Assembly: GCA_051294905.1 (NCBI GenBank)
Contig: CM119371.1
Coordinates: forward strand, 20,710,001 to 20,774,000
Direction: 5' to 3'
From: Botryllus schlosseri
Lineage: Eukaryota
Length of the DNA stretch: 64,000 nt
The position numbers and the translations under genes were made by a program. Shown here in pieces: positions 25,044-37,100 of the stretch (its first letter is position 1; each line of letters begins with the position of its first letter). Under the pieces are notes generated by a model. That model was not told the DNA's origin, did no database searches, and worked only from the letters and a program-made list of their open reading frames with translations.

Positions 25044-26016
25044 TAGGGATGGTGTGAACCTTCAAAAGAACCGCGAACCTTTTTGAAAGGTTCTGTGTTT
25101 ACGCGATGTGAACCGCATGAAGTCACGTGACGTCATATTGCTAATTCCAACCCTACAGTTCAGTTAAGTGATAGCCTATGGAAACGTACATTGTACACGA
25201 TACCTAGCGACGACTCGGCCACAAAATATTGAAGTACATATTGACGCTTTAAACGCCACCAAATGTATCAACTGGGGCAATCTAATAATATATTAATCCC
25301 AAAAAGTCGATATCTTCCGTTGCTTCGCCAATAATTTCAACGAGAACTTTGAAGGAAATATAAGGTTACGCCTTAACAGTCCAGGCCAGACTGGACAATG
25401 TATTCGGCGTCTGAGTATGGCTACGTTGATATTGAGCAGAGTGTAAAACTTGTTTCTACTTGCTACCGATGTTACCCCATTAAAAATTATACAGCATGTA
25501 GCCAACGCCCCCAGCGCACAGATTTGTATGTATAATACAATAAACAAAGTCAATATTGACCACCTATGCCTGCTAGATTTTTACACCAGACAACGATATC
25601 ACTTTCAATGATTGGATAAATTAGTATCATTAGCTGACTTCATGTACAGTGTATTTAGCTCCTGATGTTGTGTTTTTGTGGGCCAAGCTTATAGCAGAGA
25701 ATCCCTTAATATTCACAGACGTAAAGCGGGATATTTAGAGCAAACTTGTGTAACAAGAGAGATTATGGCAACGTGTATGCTCGCTTGGTGTTGATTTGTT
25801 TTTATGCCGCCAGCGCCATGCATAGAATGGCCCGCAGCTGAAAATGAAATGCACTAAATTTTATACAAAGATGTAATAATAAACTGAAAATTGTAATAGA
25901 CGAAAAAGGTTCACAGTGCAGAACTTACCAAGGTTCTGCACTGTGAAAGTGAACCTCTAAATTTCTGAGGTTCACACTCAGAACGCGACGTGAACCTCAC
26001 GTTCACACCATCCCTA
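25044..26016 (+). mobile_element. hAT MITE with Ac-like termini (second copy of the 531-1138 family)
   Basis: TIRs TAGGGATGGTGTGAAC / GTTCACACCATCCCTA; TSD ATATTTAG / ATATTTTC (6/8). Confidence 0.85.
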
Positions 26017-27319
26017 ATATTTTCCCTCACAGTAGGCTACTGTTTTACCATATGTCGATGGTGAGCGTATTTACAACACGATAAAAAATGAACGACAGTG
26101 TGTGGTGCAACATTGATAAATGAACACATTACTATTTAGTTTTGTTCGTCTCACATACCATGTGGTCAGATTTACAGGTAGAGCAGAGAGAGGTGGTAAC
26201 TGCGAAAATTTAGGACACGTAATTAATAATTCTATCATATTCGGGCGTGCCTCTTATTATTATGCTTTGTTGCATGTCATTGAGTCGTGACTTCCCGTCT
26301 GCTATACAGTTAAAAGATATTGGAGTCGCCCAACCGTAGCAGACTGAACTAAAAGAAAAAATTCATTCGTGACACGCAAACATAAACTGCCATTTCCTCA
26401 CGTGCGCATCATTTCATCTGATGGCAAGACAGGACTATAGTCCCCACGCCAATTCAGTGCGCCCATATACAATGGATATATTTTGACAGAAAGTTTCGAT
26501 CAGGGTCGCAGGGTGCGATAAATCGTCAGCAACAAAGTTGAGCAATGGTTATTTTGTGACGTAACACGCAAATGACGTCACATTAAAAATTATTTTTGTT
26601 CTCTCATGAGGTCTTCTCATGGCTATCGCTATATATTATTCTTAATCGTAATCGTAATCGCGTGATTAAGAAGTAATCGTAATCGCAATCGATTGCATTC
26701 ATGAAGTGTGTGTTCTCGACACATCGATAGCGTAAATATTTTGTATTGGTACTTTATCCGACAAACTTATATATAGCGCAAGCGCAGTATACACATTTCC
26801 AGGGGTGTAGCCAGGGCCTCTTGGCGTCGGGTTTGAGAACCACTGTGTTAGATGGTGGTCGGGTAACGTCGGTCCTTGAATAATCTTTAATATTTCATAT
26901 ACGTTGCAGCCTAGCTCATCCTTATTTCAATTGGGCCAGGGGTGGCCACTGGCCAGCCTGCGGACGTACGGCCGCATGCAACCGTAAAACCATTATGCGG
27001 CCGCGGACGTATGATTTATTTAACGTGTGTTCGTGATCGTCAATATGCAATTTGAATTTACGAAAATCTTTAGGATATTCTATTTCAACCTAAAAATTTT
27101 CTTCAGGCTTACGCGATTCAGGGTGATTTGGATTTTCTAATTTTATTATATTCGTATTCAATTGAATAGTATATTCATATTGAAAGAAACCCGAATATTT
27201 TCGCCTGACACTCATTATGGGTAATCGTAAGCAACTAGTACGATTGTTACGACTGATATGGTTGTTGATATAAAATGTTCTTTCCAATTCTATACTATTC
27301 GCTGTTGAAAATCCCTGAC

Positions 27320-29215
27320 CAGGGCCTGGTGTCGGAGTCGGAATTAGTGGAGTGGGAGTTTGGCTGATTTTCGATTGATGGAGTTGGAGTGGTGAAAACT
27401 GTAGTGGCTGGAGTGGGAGTCGGAGTTTGTGAAAATGACCTGACTTCGACTTCAACTTCTTTATCATGAAAACAATTGCTTTCAAAGGTTTCTTTAAATT
27501 ACTAGTATTATATATAATAGGATTTTTATGTACCATCAATCACTTTTATTAGTAACGATACAGATCAGAGGCGACCAAACTGTGACGCACAGGCCAAATG
27601 TGGCCCACGAAAAGGTGTCGTGTGGCCTGCGAGGTAAATATCGAAATTAGATCAGGTAAAATTGCAAGGCCGACTCAAACTTGATTAGCCTGACCGCGAA
27701 ATTTCATGATGACTGTCACACCAGTTTGAACGCATTGGCGTGACCAGGTGCCGGTCACATTCATCGTAGGTCTTCGTATATGACCATAAAGTAGAATATT
27801 CCGTAGCAGATTTATTTGACATGAAATTTTTGTTAGCACTTCGCATGTTTTATTGTCACATTTCTTGCATTTAGTATCGGAACCCTCCTGGAAATAAAAA
27901 TACGCGTAATTTACATAATTGAGTCCAACTATACTCGCAATTAGGAGATAACGTCAGTAACGTGTCGTCCAACATGGGACTTCGATTTTGCGCTCGAAGC
28001 GAGATCGTCGGCGATGAAACATTTGCACAAAATAACTGAGGCATGTTCACCGAAACCATCGATATTCCGATGTCTGAAACGAAAAATAATTCTGTCCTTG
28101 CCCAATGAGCCCATTGCAGTACGGAGGCTACCCCCAGTATATGCAATTATTATATATATTTATTGATCGAATGCAATCATTAACTTTGAGAAAATTCTGT
28201 GCTTCGCGGGCCCAGGGTACGACTGCACACTGTACAGTTGCACACGGAGTTTTCATGACATATTTGTTATCGATTTTAAAGCGTAGTCATGCAAGTTTTG
28301 TTTTCAATGTTACCTAATTCGGTTCGTTTCTATCCGACGACTAAAAAAATATCATCAACATTTAATTGGTTCGTAAATCTTATGTGGCCCTTTGGCCGAA
28401 AAGGTTGCCTCCCCTGAGAAAGATATAATTACACATTATTTGCTAATTACAATTCAGTTGCCCAGAGGAAGAAAGAAGCAATATTGACGATTCAGTCAAA
28501 AATGATGCAATTTCTAGATTTATATCATGATATTGAGACAGAGCAAATATATAGTCTGGTTATAAAATTGATGTAAATGTAGCCAAACACTCCTTCCCAG
28601 TAGACAAAATTAAAAATATTTTTGGTAGCTTAGCTGCTCGGGTCGAACAAATGATTAATAAAGACTACAAGTCCTAGTGACCTAGTCCTTGAATACTTGA
28701 CTAAGTGCATGTACTCTAGAGATATGCTGTCTGACTATACCTCCCAAATTTCATTTATGATCAATGTCTCTTAGTAGTGATAGTGTGTCTGCTTGAAATC
28801 AGTAAAGTGTGTTATGAAAAAATTAGTAAGATGTATCTCTGTATTAGTTGCGAACTCACACTCACACATAAAAGCAACACTTCGATAGTTTTATCTACAT
28901 TATTATTATACAGGATGGGATATATGTCTTCTTTTGATGATTCACACTTATTAGGTTAGTAAAGAGTCCATATTATTAAAACTGATAAAGTAACAAAAAA
29001 GAACGGATATTTAGAAAGGCACTCTTTTATGCATAGTGAATATTTCGGGCTGTTTGCATATTATTAATGATTAAATGATAGTCATTTAGTCGTCACTGTG
29101 GCATATAATGTTCGAAGTAAATTGGTAATACTGTTGTAGTCGGGGTTTGAGTCGGAGTCAGTAGATTTAAAGACTGAGGAGTTGGAGTCGGAGTCGGTTG
29201 TACTCCACGTCCCTG
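27320..29215. mobile_element. GGAGTC-repeat TIR element (probable hAT) containing nested Charlie-type MITE
   Basis: GGAGTC/GGAGTT arrays at both ends; right end …ACTCCACGTCCCTG; right half mirrored at 34914-~35780. Confidence 0.65.
27566..28416. mobile_element. Nested hAT (Charlie-type) MITE
   Basis: Termini CAGAGGCGACCAAAC / GGTTGCCTCCCCTG; TSD ATACAGAT / AGAAAGAT (6/8). Confidence 0.65.
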
Positions 29216-30115
29216 GACGAGTGTCAGCTCAAAATGTTCGGGTTTATTACAATATGAATATATACTATTCAATTGTATATTGAAGTTTTGTACCTCCAAG
29301 AAGCTCTAATAATCGCATTCTTGCAATATATCCCGACTGTACAATTGGGAACCAAAGAGGAGGATGATGCGCCACATAAATAATACCAATTGGAATAGTG
29401 TGCGTCCCACGAATCAAATTTTGTTGTTGTTGTGCGGCTAGACCAGGGGTGGGCAAACTTTTGAGCTCGTGGGCCGTATTCAACATCTGAATCCATTCGC
29501 GGGCTGCACTATATAAAACAGGGATTTTAAACAAAAACACAATATTGGAATTTGATTATATAGTGAGGACATGGAGATGATATGTATGTTTATTTTAAAA
29601 AAAAACATTGCTTTGATGATATTGAACACGCGCCAGAAACAGTGATGGGATTTCATAGGCTGGTCGACCTCAATAACCAATTTTTCAAAACTATAGAGAT
29701 GAAAGTCGACTGTCCCGATTCTTAGAATAGGATTGAAATTTGAATCTCTGAGCAGCGATCTGTTCATAGTTTTACTCAATCCACTTTTGGTTTGGTTCCT
29801 GGACTCACAATTTTGACAGCATCATAACCATGTGGGCTTCAAACACGCTTCTACTATATGTGTTTATAAAATATAAATACCATAATTCTACGCATAAGAG
29901 AACGAATACACCTAAGTCACGCGTGAATCGTTTTTAAAAGCACATCACTGAAACAATAAAAACTGGAGTGGCCAATCTGAAATCACACTCGTGATCCAAA
30001 TTATCTCTACCTCGTTTTGGATTTCTGTGGTGCTTTGCAGTTGAAACCTTTGAGATCGAGCTGTCGCACCATAAATTAAACATAAAAAATAATATAGGAA
30101 GTATTTACCTTAGAA

Positions 30116-30431
30116 CAAGTGGCTCTCAAACTTTTCAAGACACGCTCCCTCCTTATGAAGGTGAAAGATTTAGCCATCCCCCTTATCGTCTTATCACAAA
30201 ACGAAACTAGGATGCTAACAAACCTAACGGATAGTTTGATGACATGGAGGTTAAGACTGTGGATGATAGATTTGTAATTATTAAATTCATACTAAATACA
30301 GAGCAACCATTAAGAATTGGATCTACATCACGCCTAGCGCGAAAAAATTTTCAGTTTGACTCAGATTCGCACCGCCTTTCAGATGTTTTCACGCCCCGAA
30401 GGGGGCTGCGTCCCCAGTTTGAGAACCATTG
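30116..30431 (+). mobile_element. Short hAT (Charlie-type) MITE
   Basis: Termini CAAGTGGCTCTCAAAC / GTTTGAGAACCATTG; TSD CCTTAGAA / CCTTGGAA; related copy 49356-49654. Confidence 0.8.
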
Positions 30432-32046
30432 CCTTGGAATCATCAGTTTAATCAAGTCCCTGCATTAATTCGATTTTAGTTTTGTTTTCAGTACGGTAGA
30501 ACTGACCTGTGAAGAATCATGAGAGCTGTTAGACTTGTATTTCCTCAATTAACGTTCAATAAATTGCTTTTGGAATTGAAATGCTGGTTGTGTTTACGCT
30601 GACGCAGTTTTACTGCAAATAAACTAAATTTGTACGTGATATTATGGATGGTAAAAATTAAGAATCTACTAGATATATGTCATATTGGGATATCGTATCG
30701 TATGCGATTGGCTAACGCGACATCATGCTAGTGCAGTGGTTCTCAACCTTTTTTCCCGTCGCGTGATTTCGATGGTCAGCAAAGTTTTTGGGGCCTGGTC
30801 GCCCTAGGCGCCAAATTTTCTACAATGCATGAATGAATATGTGGTAATTGCATATATATGTTGCTATAAACTCACCCCACGTAATCAGATTTACCGTAGC
30901 GCTGACTGGTCTGTTGCCTTGAAAAATGAAGGCCATGCAATCATATTAATTAGGCATATTCAGTCGTGCCCGTTAGTACCATTACCTCAGTAAATATTGT
31001 TATTTTGTTACCAACTCTTGTCCACTGTATAGTCAAAAGATATTGAACCGCATAAACGTGTTAAACTAAAGTAAGCACACGATTCAAACTTGGTATTTCT
31101 TCGCTGGCGAATAATTTATCTCTGATGGACGGTATTTGTCCTGTGGGGTGCAGATTGCGACGACATGATAATTCGGCACGAACGATTTAAGCACCTATGG
31201 ACGATTAGACTTATATACATCAAAGTTTAAGGTCAACATATAGGCAATCCTCTTCGGCTAAGGTTTTCTCGCTGATGATCTTTTGGCACATTTGTCGGAT
31301 ACCCATATTGGCCGGAACTTCATATGGCTTCGTGCATCGTGGCCAGGTAATGGCCAAAGCCGAAATGCTTATTTCTATTCTCTATAATTATGCGTATTTT
31401 TTTCGTGTGGGAGTCGTCAAAGCATGGTGTGTAATTTATGTTCATTCACCGAAATAATTTAGGGCATCCGTCGATCTCAAAATTTAGAGTTTGGGTTGCA
31501 GCTGTTTCGGTCTTGCTAAGAGGTCAAAGTACAGTCGGTCTTTTCGGAATTATTTGGCGCTTTAATCGCGCTCGACTATAATTAACCATATGATAATTGT
31601 ATGTGAGATATTCAGGGTCAAATCAAGGTTGTTATAGCAACAATCGAGTACGGTCCCATACCCGGTGGTTCGAACTATCCCAAATTCACATCTGCGATTA
31701 GCAATGCGGAGAAATTAATGGGATTGGATTTTGTTTTAGTGCTTTGTGTGACTAAGTAAGTCAACTGAGAAAGAGAATGGGACGTATATATCTGCTCACA
31801 TCGAATTTAGTACTCTGCCCAATTATTAATTTAAATATGAATGCATTCCAAACAAAGCAACTCATATTCGATAACGTTCATGTGACGTTGAGAACTACAG
31901 CACTCGATAGTATCATCCTTTATATGATACGATGAAGAAATATTATGACGATTTGGTATTTTAGCTCTCAAATAAAAGTATATTTATGGTTAATCATTTC
32001 GTGCACAAAGCTTCAAAACTTATTTTATGTACGAGGCGCGTTTACT

Positions 32047-32535
32047 AAGGTTGTAATGACTCGAGTCACGATTTTCTGATGACTTGACTCAAAATACGGA
32101 AATGACTCTACTCGGCTCGCATGACTCGAACCAAGTCATATGACTCGAGACTCTGAAAATTCATTTTAATTTGGAAGAATAGTCAAAAAACCACACTATT
32201 TGGATTTCGTCTAATGGTACTGATATTGAAAATGCGACCAGAAACAGCTAAAAGTGAGAAAAAATTAGTATATTCTAAATGCAATTCGATATTCCCACGT
32301 AGAGTTATAAAAATTAGTTTAACAAGAATTTGAGTGGAAACTGAGCAGTCAACACAATGACCTTGACTCGGACTCGAGTCATAATACCCTGACTCGGACT
32401 CAACCTTCTGGGCGCTGACTTGGACTTGGTCTTGACTTGGTGTTGAGTTGAAAATGACTTGACTTGACTTGCGTCAAAACTATAAAAGTGAGATTGACTT
32501 GTGACTCACAGCCTTGTCACTTGGTTACAACCCTG
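32047..32535 (+). mobile_element. Short GACTC-repeat hAT MITE (CAGGGTTGTAA family)
   Basis: AAGGTTGTAATGACTCGAGTC … GGTTACAACCCTG; TSD CGTTTACT / CGCTTACT; deletion derivative related to 45243-47291. Confidence 0.8.
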
Positions 32536-33045
32536 CGCTTACTCGCAAAAGTGATATCCAGTGCCTCTTTCTTCGATTTCCACACGTCGTGAGCTGCAGA
32601 ATATAATACCTAGTTCGAAACATTTTGTTGAAAATAACCCTAGCAATGGTAACGGTAGTGTTTTAACGGGAAATTGGCGATCTAAAAGTAAGTGCAATTC
32701 ATTTTACATAATTATAATAACCCTCAATTATAAAAACATATGTATCGAACATCGTCACATGGCGCGATAAAAAATTTAGAAATTTGACATACTTTGTGGA
32801 ATGTTAATTTGCTCCGAATACTCATTAGGCATATGTCCACCTACTACATCATCAACTGCGAAGCCATTTTTCTTCAGCGCCCCCCCCCTTCGTATCACCC
32901 TCTGATCCCAGCGCCTCCCCCATATCGCCCCCTGAGTGTTTCCACCCCCTTTAAATTCGCCAGCGCATCTTGGGGGCGCTGAAAGCAAGATTAAGAACCA
33001 CTGAGTTCGAATGGAAGAGAATTATGCTAGTTAACCTCTCATTTA

Positions 33046-33483
33046 TAGGGTTGCATTTAAAACAAAAATATATTTAAAACAAACATGTTTAAAACAAGGC
33101 CCTTGTATAAAACATGTTTTTTCAATTTTATTTTTAAGCAATGACGTCACGAAAATTTAATTGCGACGTCATAGTGGATTTAGATTGACAATTGAAAATA
33201 TAGGGTAAATAGCTCCTTTGACGAAATATCTGTAATACTATTGCTGTTGAACCAACTATTTTGCGGGTTCCAACCATCTCATATCGATATAAGCAGGCTA
33301 TATCGGGTGTAAATTGTCCGCAGGCTCATATATCATGTTTTTGGTGAGTATTTGCACAATTATCGTATAATTTTACACCTTAAAAACACACAGATTTTTT
33401 TAAAGGCCTTTGTTTAAAACACTGTTTAAAACATGTTTTAAAAATAGTGTTTTAAAACACCGTTTGTTTTAAATGCAACCCTA
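33046..33483. mobile_element. TIR MITE with TTTAAAACA subterminal repeats
   Basis: Perfect 21-bp TIR TAGGGTTGCATTTAAAACAAA / TTTGTTTTAAATGCAACCCTA; no convincing TSD. Confidence 0.8.
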
Positions 33484-33552
33484 GATGTACAAGTGATTTG
33501 TGGTACAGAACTTCAGAATAACGCGAAACAATAACTTCATATTGTTAATTTA

Positions 33553-33592
33553 TTCGCTAAAAGCTTTTCGACTAACTCTCATCAGTAGCGAA
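33553..33592 (-). ncRNA. Minimal type I hammerhead ribozyme motif (Penelope-associated)
   Basis: Minus strand TTCGCTA-CTGATGA-GA(GTTAG)TC-GAAA-AGCT-TT-TAGCGAA: perfect 7-bp stem I, intact CUGAUGA and GAAA core, palindromic AAGCUU stem III, predicted cleavage after UUU; flanks homologous to PLE 3' region 10561-10700. Confidence 0.75.
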
Positions 33593-34081
33593 CGTTAGTG
33601 ATGGGTAGAATCAATTCAAATGTGAAATCGAAATGACAGGCGATAGACGTGATTGATTTTATATTTATTGCATCACATACTAACGAAGTTGATGATTTGT
33701 TGTTTCCGCTACTACTGATATTAGTCATCAAGCCGATATTCGGTAGCAATATTCTCGATCTGCTTTATTGTATAGCGGCTAGCTCACATTTTCAGCATTC
33801 TAGGCTTAAGTGGATCACACGAATATGAGGAATCTGTTTAATCCTTGAACAGTTCGATTGAAATTCTGGAATCGAACTCAGTCTGCCCAAACGGACATCG
33901 CATTTCTGGTGTTGCGACTGTGCCAGTACGTGCCAGTACGCTATATTCATAATGCGATCTATTCTATATCATACCATAGCATTTATCACTCCAACGTATT
34001 CGATTTAGATCATTAGCTATATTTTATGCTATTAATTACCAACCCAGGTGTCTTATCACTTGCCAAACGAGTTGGTCTCTC

Positions 34082-34126
34082 ATGGCCGAAATATTGGAAA
34101 ATATCGTTGAAAAAATCCAGAAAAGG
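34082..34126 (+). CDS. Atlastin-like gene, putative first coding exon (MAEILENIVEKIQKR)
   Basis: ATG at 34082, donor AGG|GTAAGC, phase 0 compatible with next exon; possible acceptor CCCAG at 34047; no homology support. Confidence 0.5.
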
Positions 34127-37100
34127 GTAAGCCATATGAACTTTCAGTACCGAATGAAATTTCATAACGTTCGAGATTATTGCCGTCTAGGAATAATATC
34201 TAAGCAGATTCTAAGGTCGAGAACCAAATGTATATATTTCCCATGTCATAGAGGCAATTCGGGGAGACTTTGTTGAATCAATGTGATGATTTAATAGAGT
34301 GGTTTCATTGGTATTTGTGATTATGGTTTGTGAGATGTTAAAATCTTTTGGATAGGCATGATGAACCAATCACGGTATAATGTAATGGTTACCAACCAAT
34401 GCGGGGTAGGGGCGCAATTTCAACGTCAGACTGCGTATTGGGCATCGAAACTCTCAAGTAATTATAGCGAGTATAAAAATACGTGTGTACAAAATGAGCT
34501 TTTGCGTCAATGACCGTGTCAAAAATACAAAGCATGAAAGCATGTATCAATCAATAGTAACAATAACGTTATAAATAACACACTGAATTTAGTGTACAAT
34601 TGGGATTGGTCTCCCTGATTCAAAAGCATGCACAGTGCACATTCATTGGTCGTGTTACCATTGATAGACGCATATTTACGACTGGTTTTCATTGAGACAA
34701 ACTACAAAACATAAGATTTATGTCTTTACGTGATAACCCTTCATTCTTATACAAATACATTCACAAGTTGACGGAGGAATGTACCGGAATAATACTGAAC
34801 TCATTGCTACTTATACTTGAATATTAGTCGTTATTTAGATGCCAGTAACATTAGAGATGTATCCCGTTAGATGCCAGCCATTCGTGGATGCGTTTGACCA
34901 TAGTATACTATAGCAGGGAAGTGGAGTCGGTAAATTTTACCACCGACTCCGACTCCACACATTTTCAATATACCGACTCCGATTACGACTATTTTCGTAA
35001 GAGAACTCTGACTCCGACTACGACCGCGACTCCAACACCGTCTCCAACAGTATTACTTACTCACTTCGAAAATTATATGCCACAGTGACGTGCAATGCAC
35101 TATGCAATTAACTTGAAAAATGCCTTTCTTTTTCATATTTTATAAATTTTTATATCACGGTGACTCTCTAATATCGTAATGTGTATTAATCATTCAAACA
35201 TGACATATGCCTAATCCTGTATAATTAAAATATAAATAAAACAATCAAAGTGACGCTCTTTTGTATGGGTCAGCAATAATACGGAGATGTAACTTACTAA
35301 TTTTCTCATTACATACGATACTGATTACAAGCATACACACTCTCACTACTAAAAAACATTGTTCAGAAACGAAATTTAGGAAGTAGTGAAATAGCATATG
35401 TCTGTTCTACATGCACTTACTCAAGTTTTCAAGGAATATGAAATGCAGTCGTTCTTAATCGTTTGTTCAACACAATCAGCTCAGCTACACTTCAAATATG
35501 TATAGTTTTATCACGTGGGAAGCAATGTTTGGTTATATTTACATCAATTAAACTATTTTACAAAAGCAGACGATGTATTTACTTTGTCGCGGCATCATGG
35601 TATAATTTTAACAATGCATCAATTTCTGACTGTATCGCGAAGATGCAAATTGCGATTTTCTTCCTCTATGCAATTGAATTGTAATTTGCAAATAATGTCC
35701 AATTTTATCTATATCAGGAGTGACCAACGTTTTCGATCAAAGGTTAACATGAGATTTACGAGCCATTCATTGCGCGGGCCACTTGAATGTTGATGACCTT
35801 TTTTAATTGCCCGATAGGAGCGAACCGCAATAGGCGACATTGAAAACAAGATAAATCAGAATCCCCGTCAGCGGTAACGAGCTCTCTCGAATGCGATAAC
35901 CGAATAATGTAAAAATTGCTATTTCAAAACATTTGGCGGCCAGCTCACGCAAGAGCGCTTTGAACTCACGTAAAGTCTCGTGATTCCAGACGCAACACGT
36001 TTCGCAATCAATGCGCTAATTTGTCATTTCGCCAAGTCGGCAATCGCAGTAAATGATGACATCAAATGAGGGCTTATAATGCAACGATTTGTAATTTACC
36101 TGTGACAATCTTTCACAAACAGGGAAATGGAAATACCCTAATTGTCTGTGGTATTTGTTCTGCAGAGAACAAAATTGCAGGTGTACGGTATATTATAGTT
36201 TGTCTGCTTTAGGCCGCAGCGTCAAGTACCACGCGTACATTGAGTTTTACCGTATGAAGATACAATTGGAGCAAAATGATCGTAATTCGCAACGACTTAA
36301 TAGTCCTACCGAATAGGACTGAATGCTATCATTCGGCAGCGAATTACTTATTGACAAGGCGACCATGCAACATGCTAGGCAAAGTTGAAAAGTGGTCAAT
36401 CAATAAATCTATAATTTAACATTATAATAGCATGCTTCTGACAGAGAACTCAAGTCCCCGCTATATCCATACAGGCCATAAAAGGCCTGAGGTAGCCTAC
36501 TCAGTCTCCGCAGTTACTGGTCCGTATGTGTACAATTCCTAAGCGTTGTATATCGCCACTGCCTTATTTCGTTTATTTTACTAACGGTTAGGCCTACGAA
36601 ATATAACCCTATTGGGTAACTTACTAGGCATGCCCTTTTAGATCGATTACTGCCCCACTTCGTTACTATATTGAAATAGAATAGCAAGATTTCGCAGTTC
36701 AAAAAGCTGTAATCCCAAGCGAGGATTCAACGCCGCCAGCTAGAAGCTAGGCGATAATTCAACGTGTGAAATCTGCGCTAATTTCAGTTTTGTGTTACCG
36801 AACTTCCGGGATAGTGACGTTCGTGACGCAGATCGTTAACGTTTTCTCTCGATTCCTACGTTTTGCGGTATGTCAACTTCATCGGTAAAAATTCTCTCGA
36901 CGAACAGCGTTAATGAGGGTTTTGTAATCGCGATTGTCCGCTTCTCTGGACGTAAATGTCGGGAAAATCGGCAAATGTTGATTCCGCAGTGCGGTAGTTG
37001 TTTTGTAATGCCGCACCAGAAATTATAGTCCTTATCCAACCATACCTGCACACTTCGAAAGTGACTTATATCATCCATGATGATATGCTGCCAATAATCC

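Noticed and set aside
30492..30563. Possible terminal or UTR exon (TTTTCAG| … TGA … AATAAA)
   Set aside because: A good acceptor and polyA signal, but no supporting upstream exons or homology; needs transcript data.
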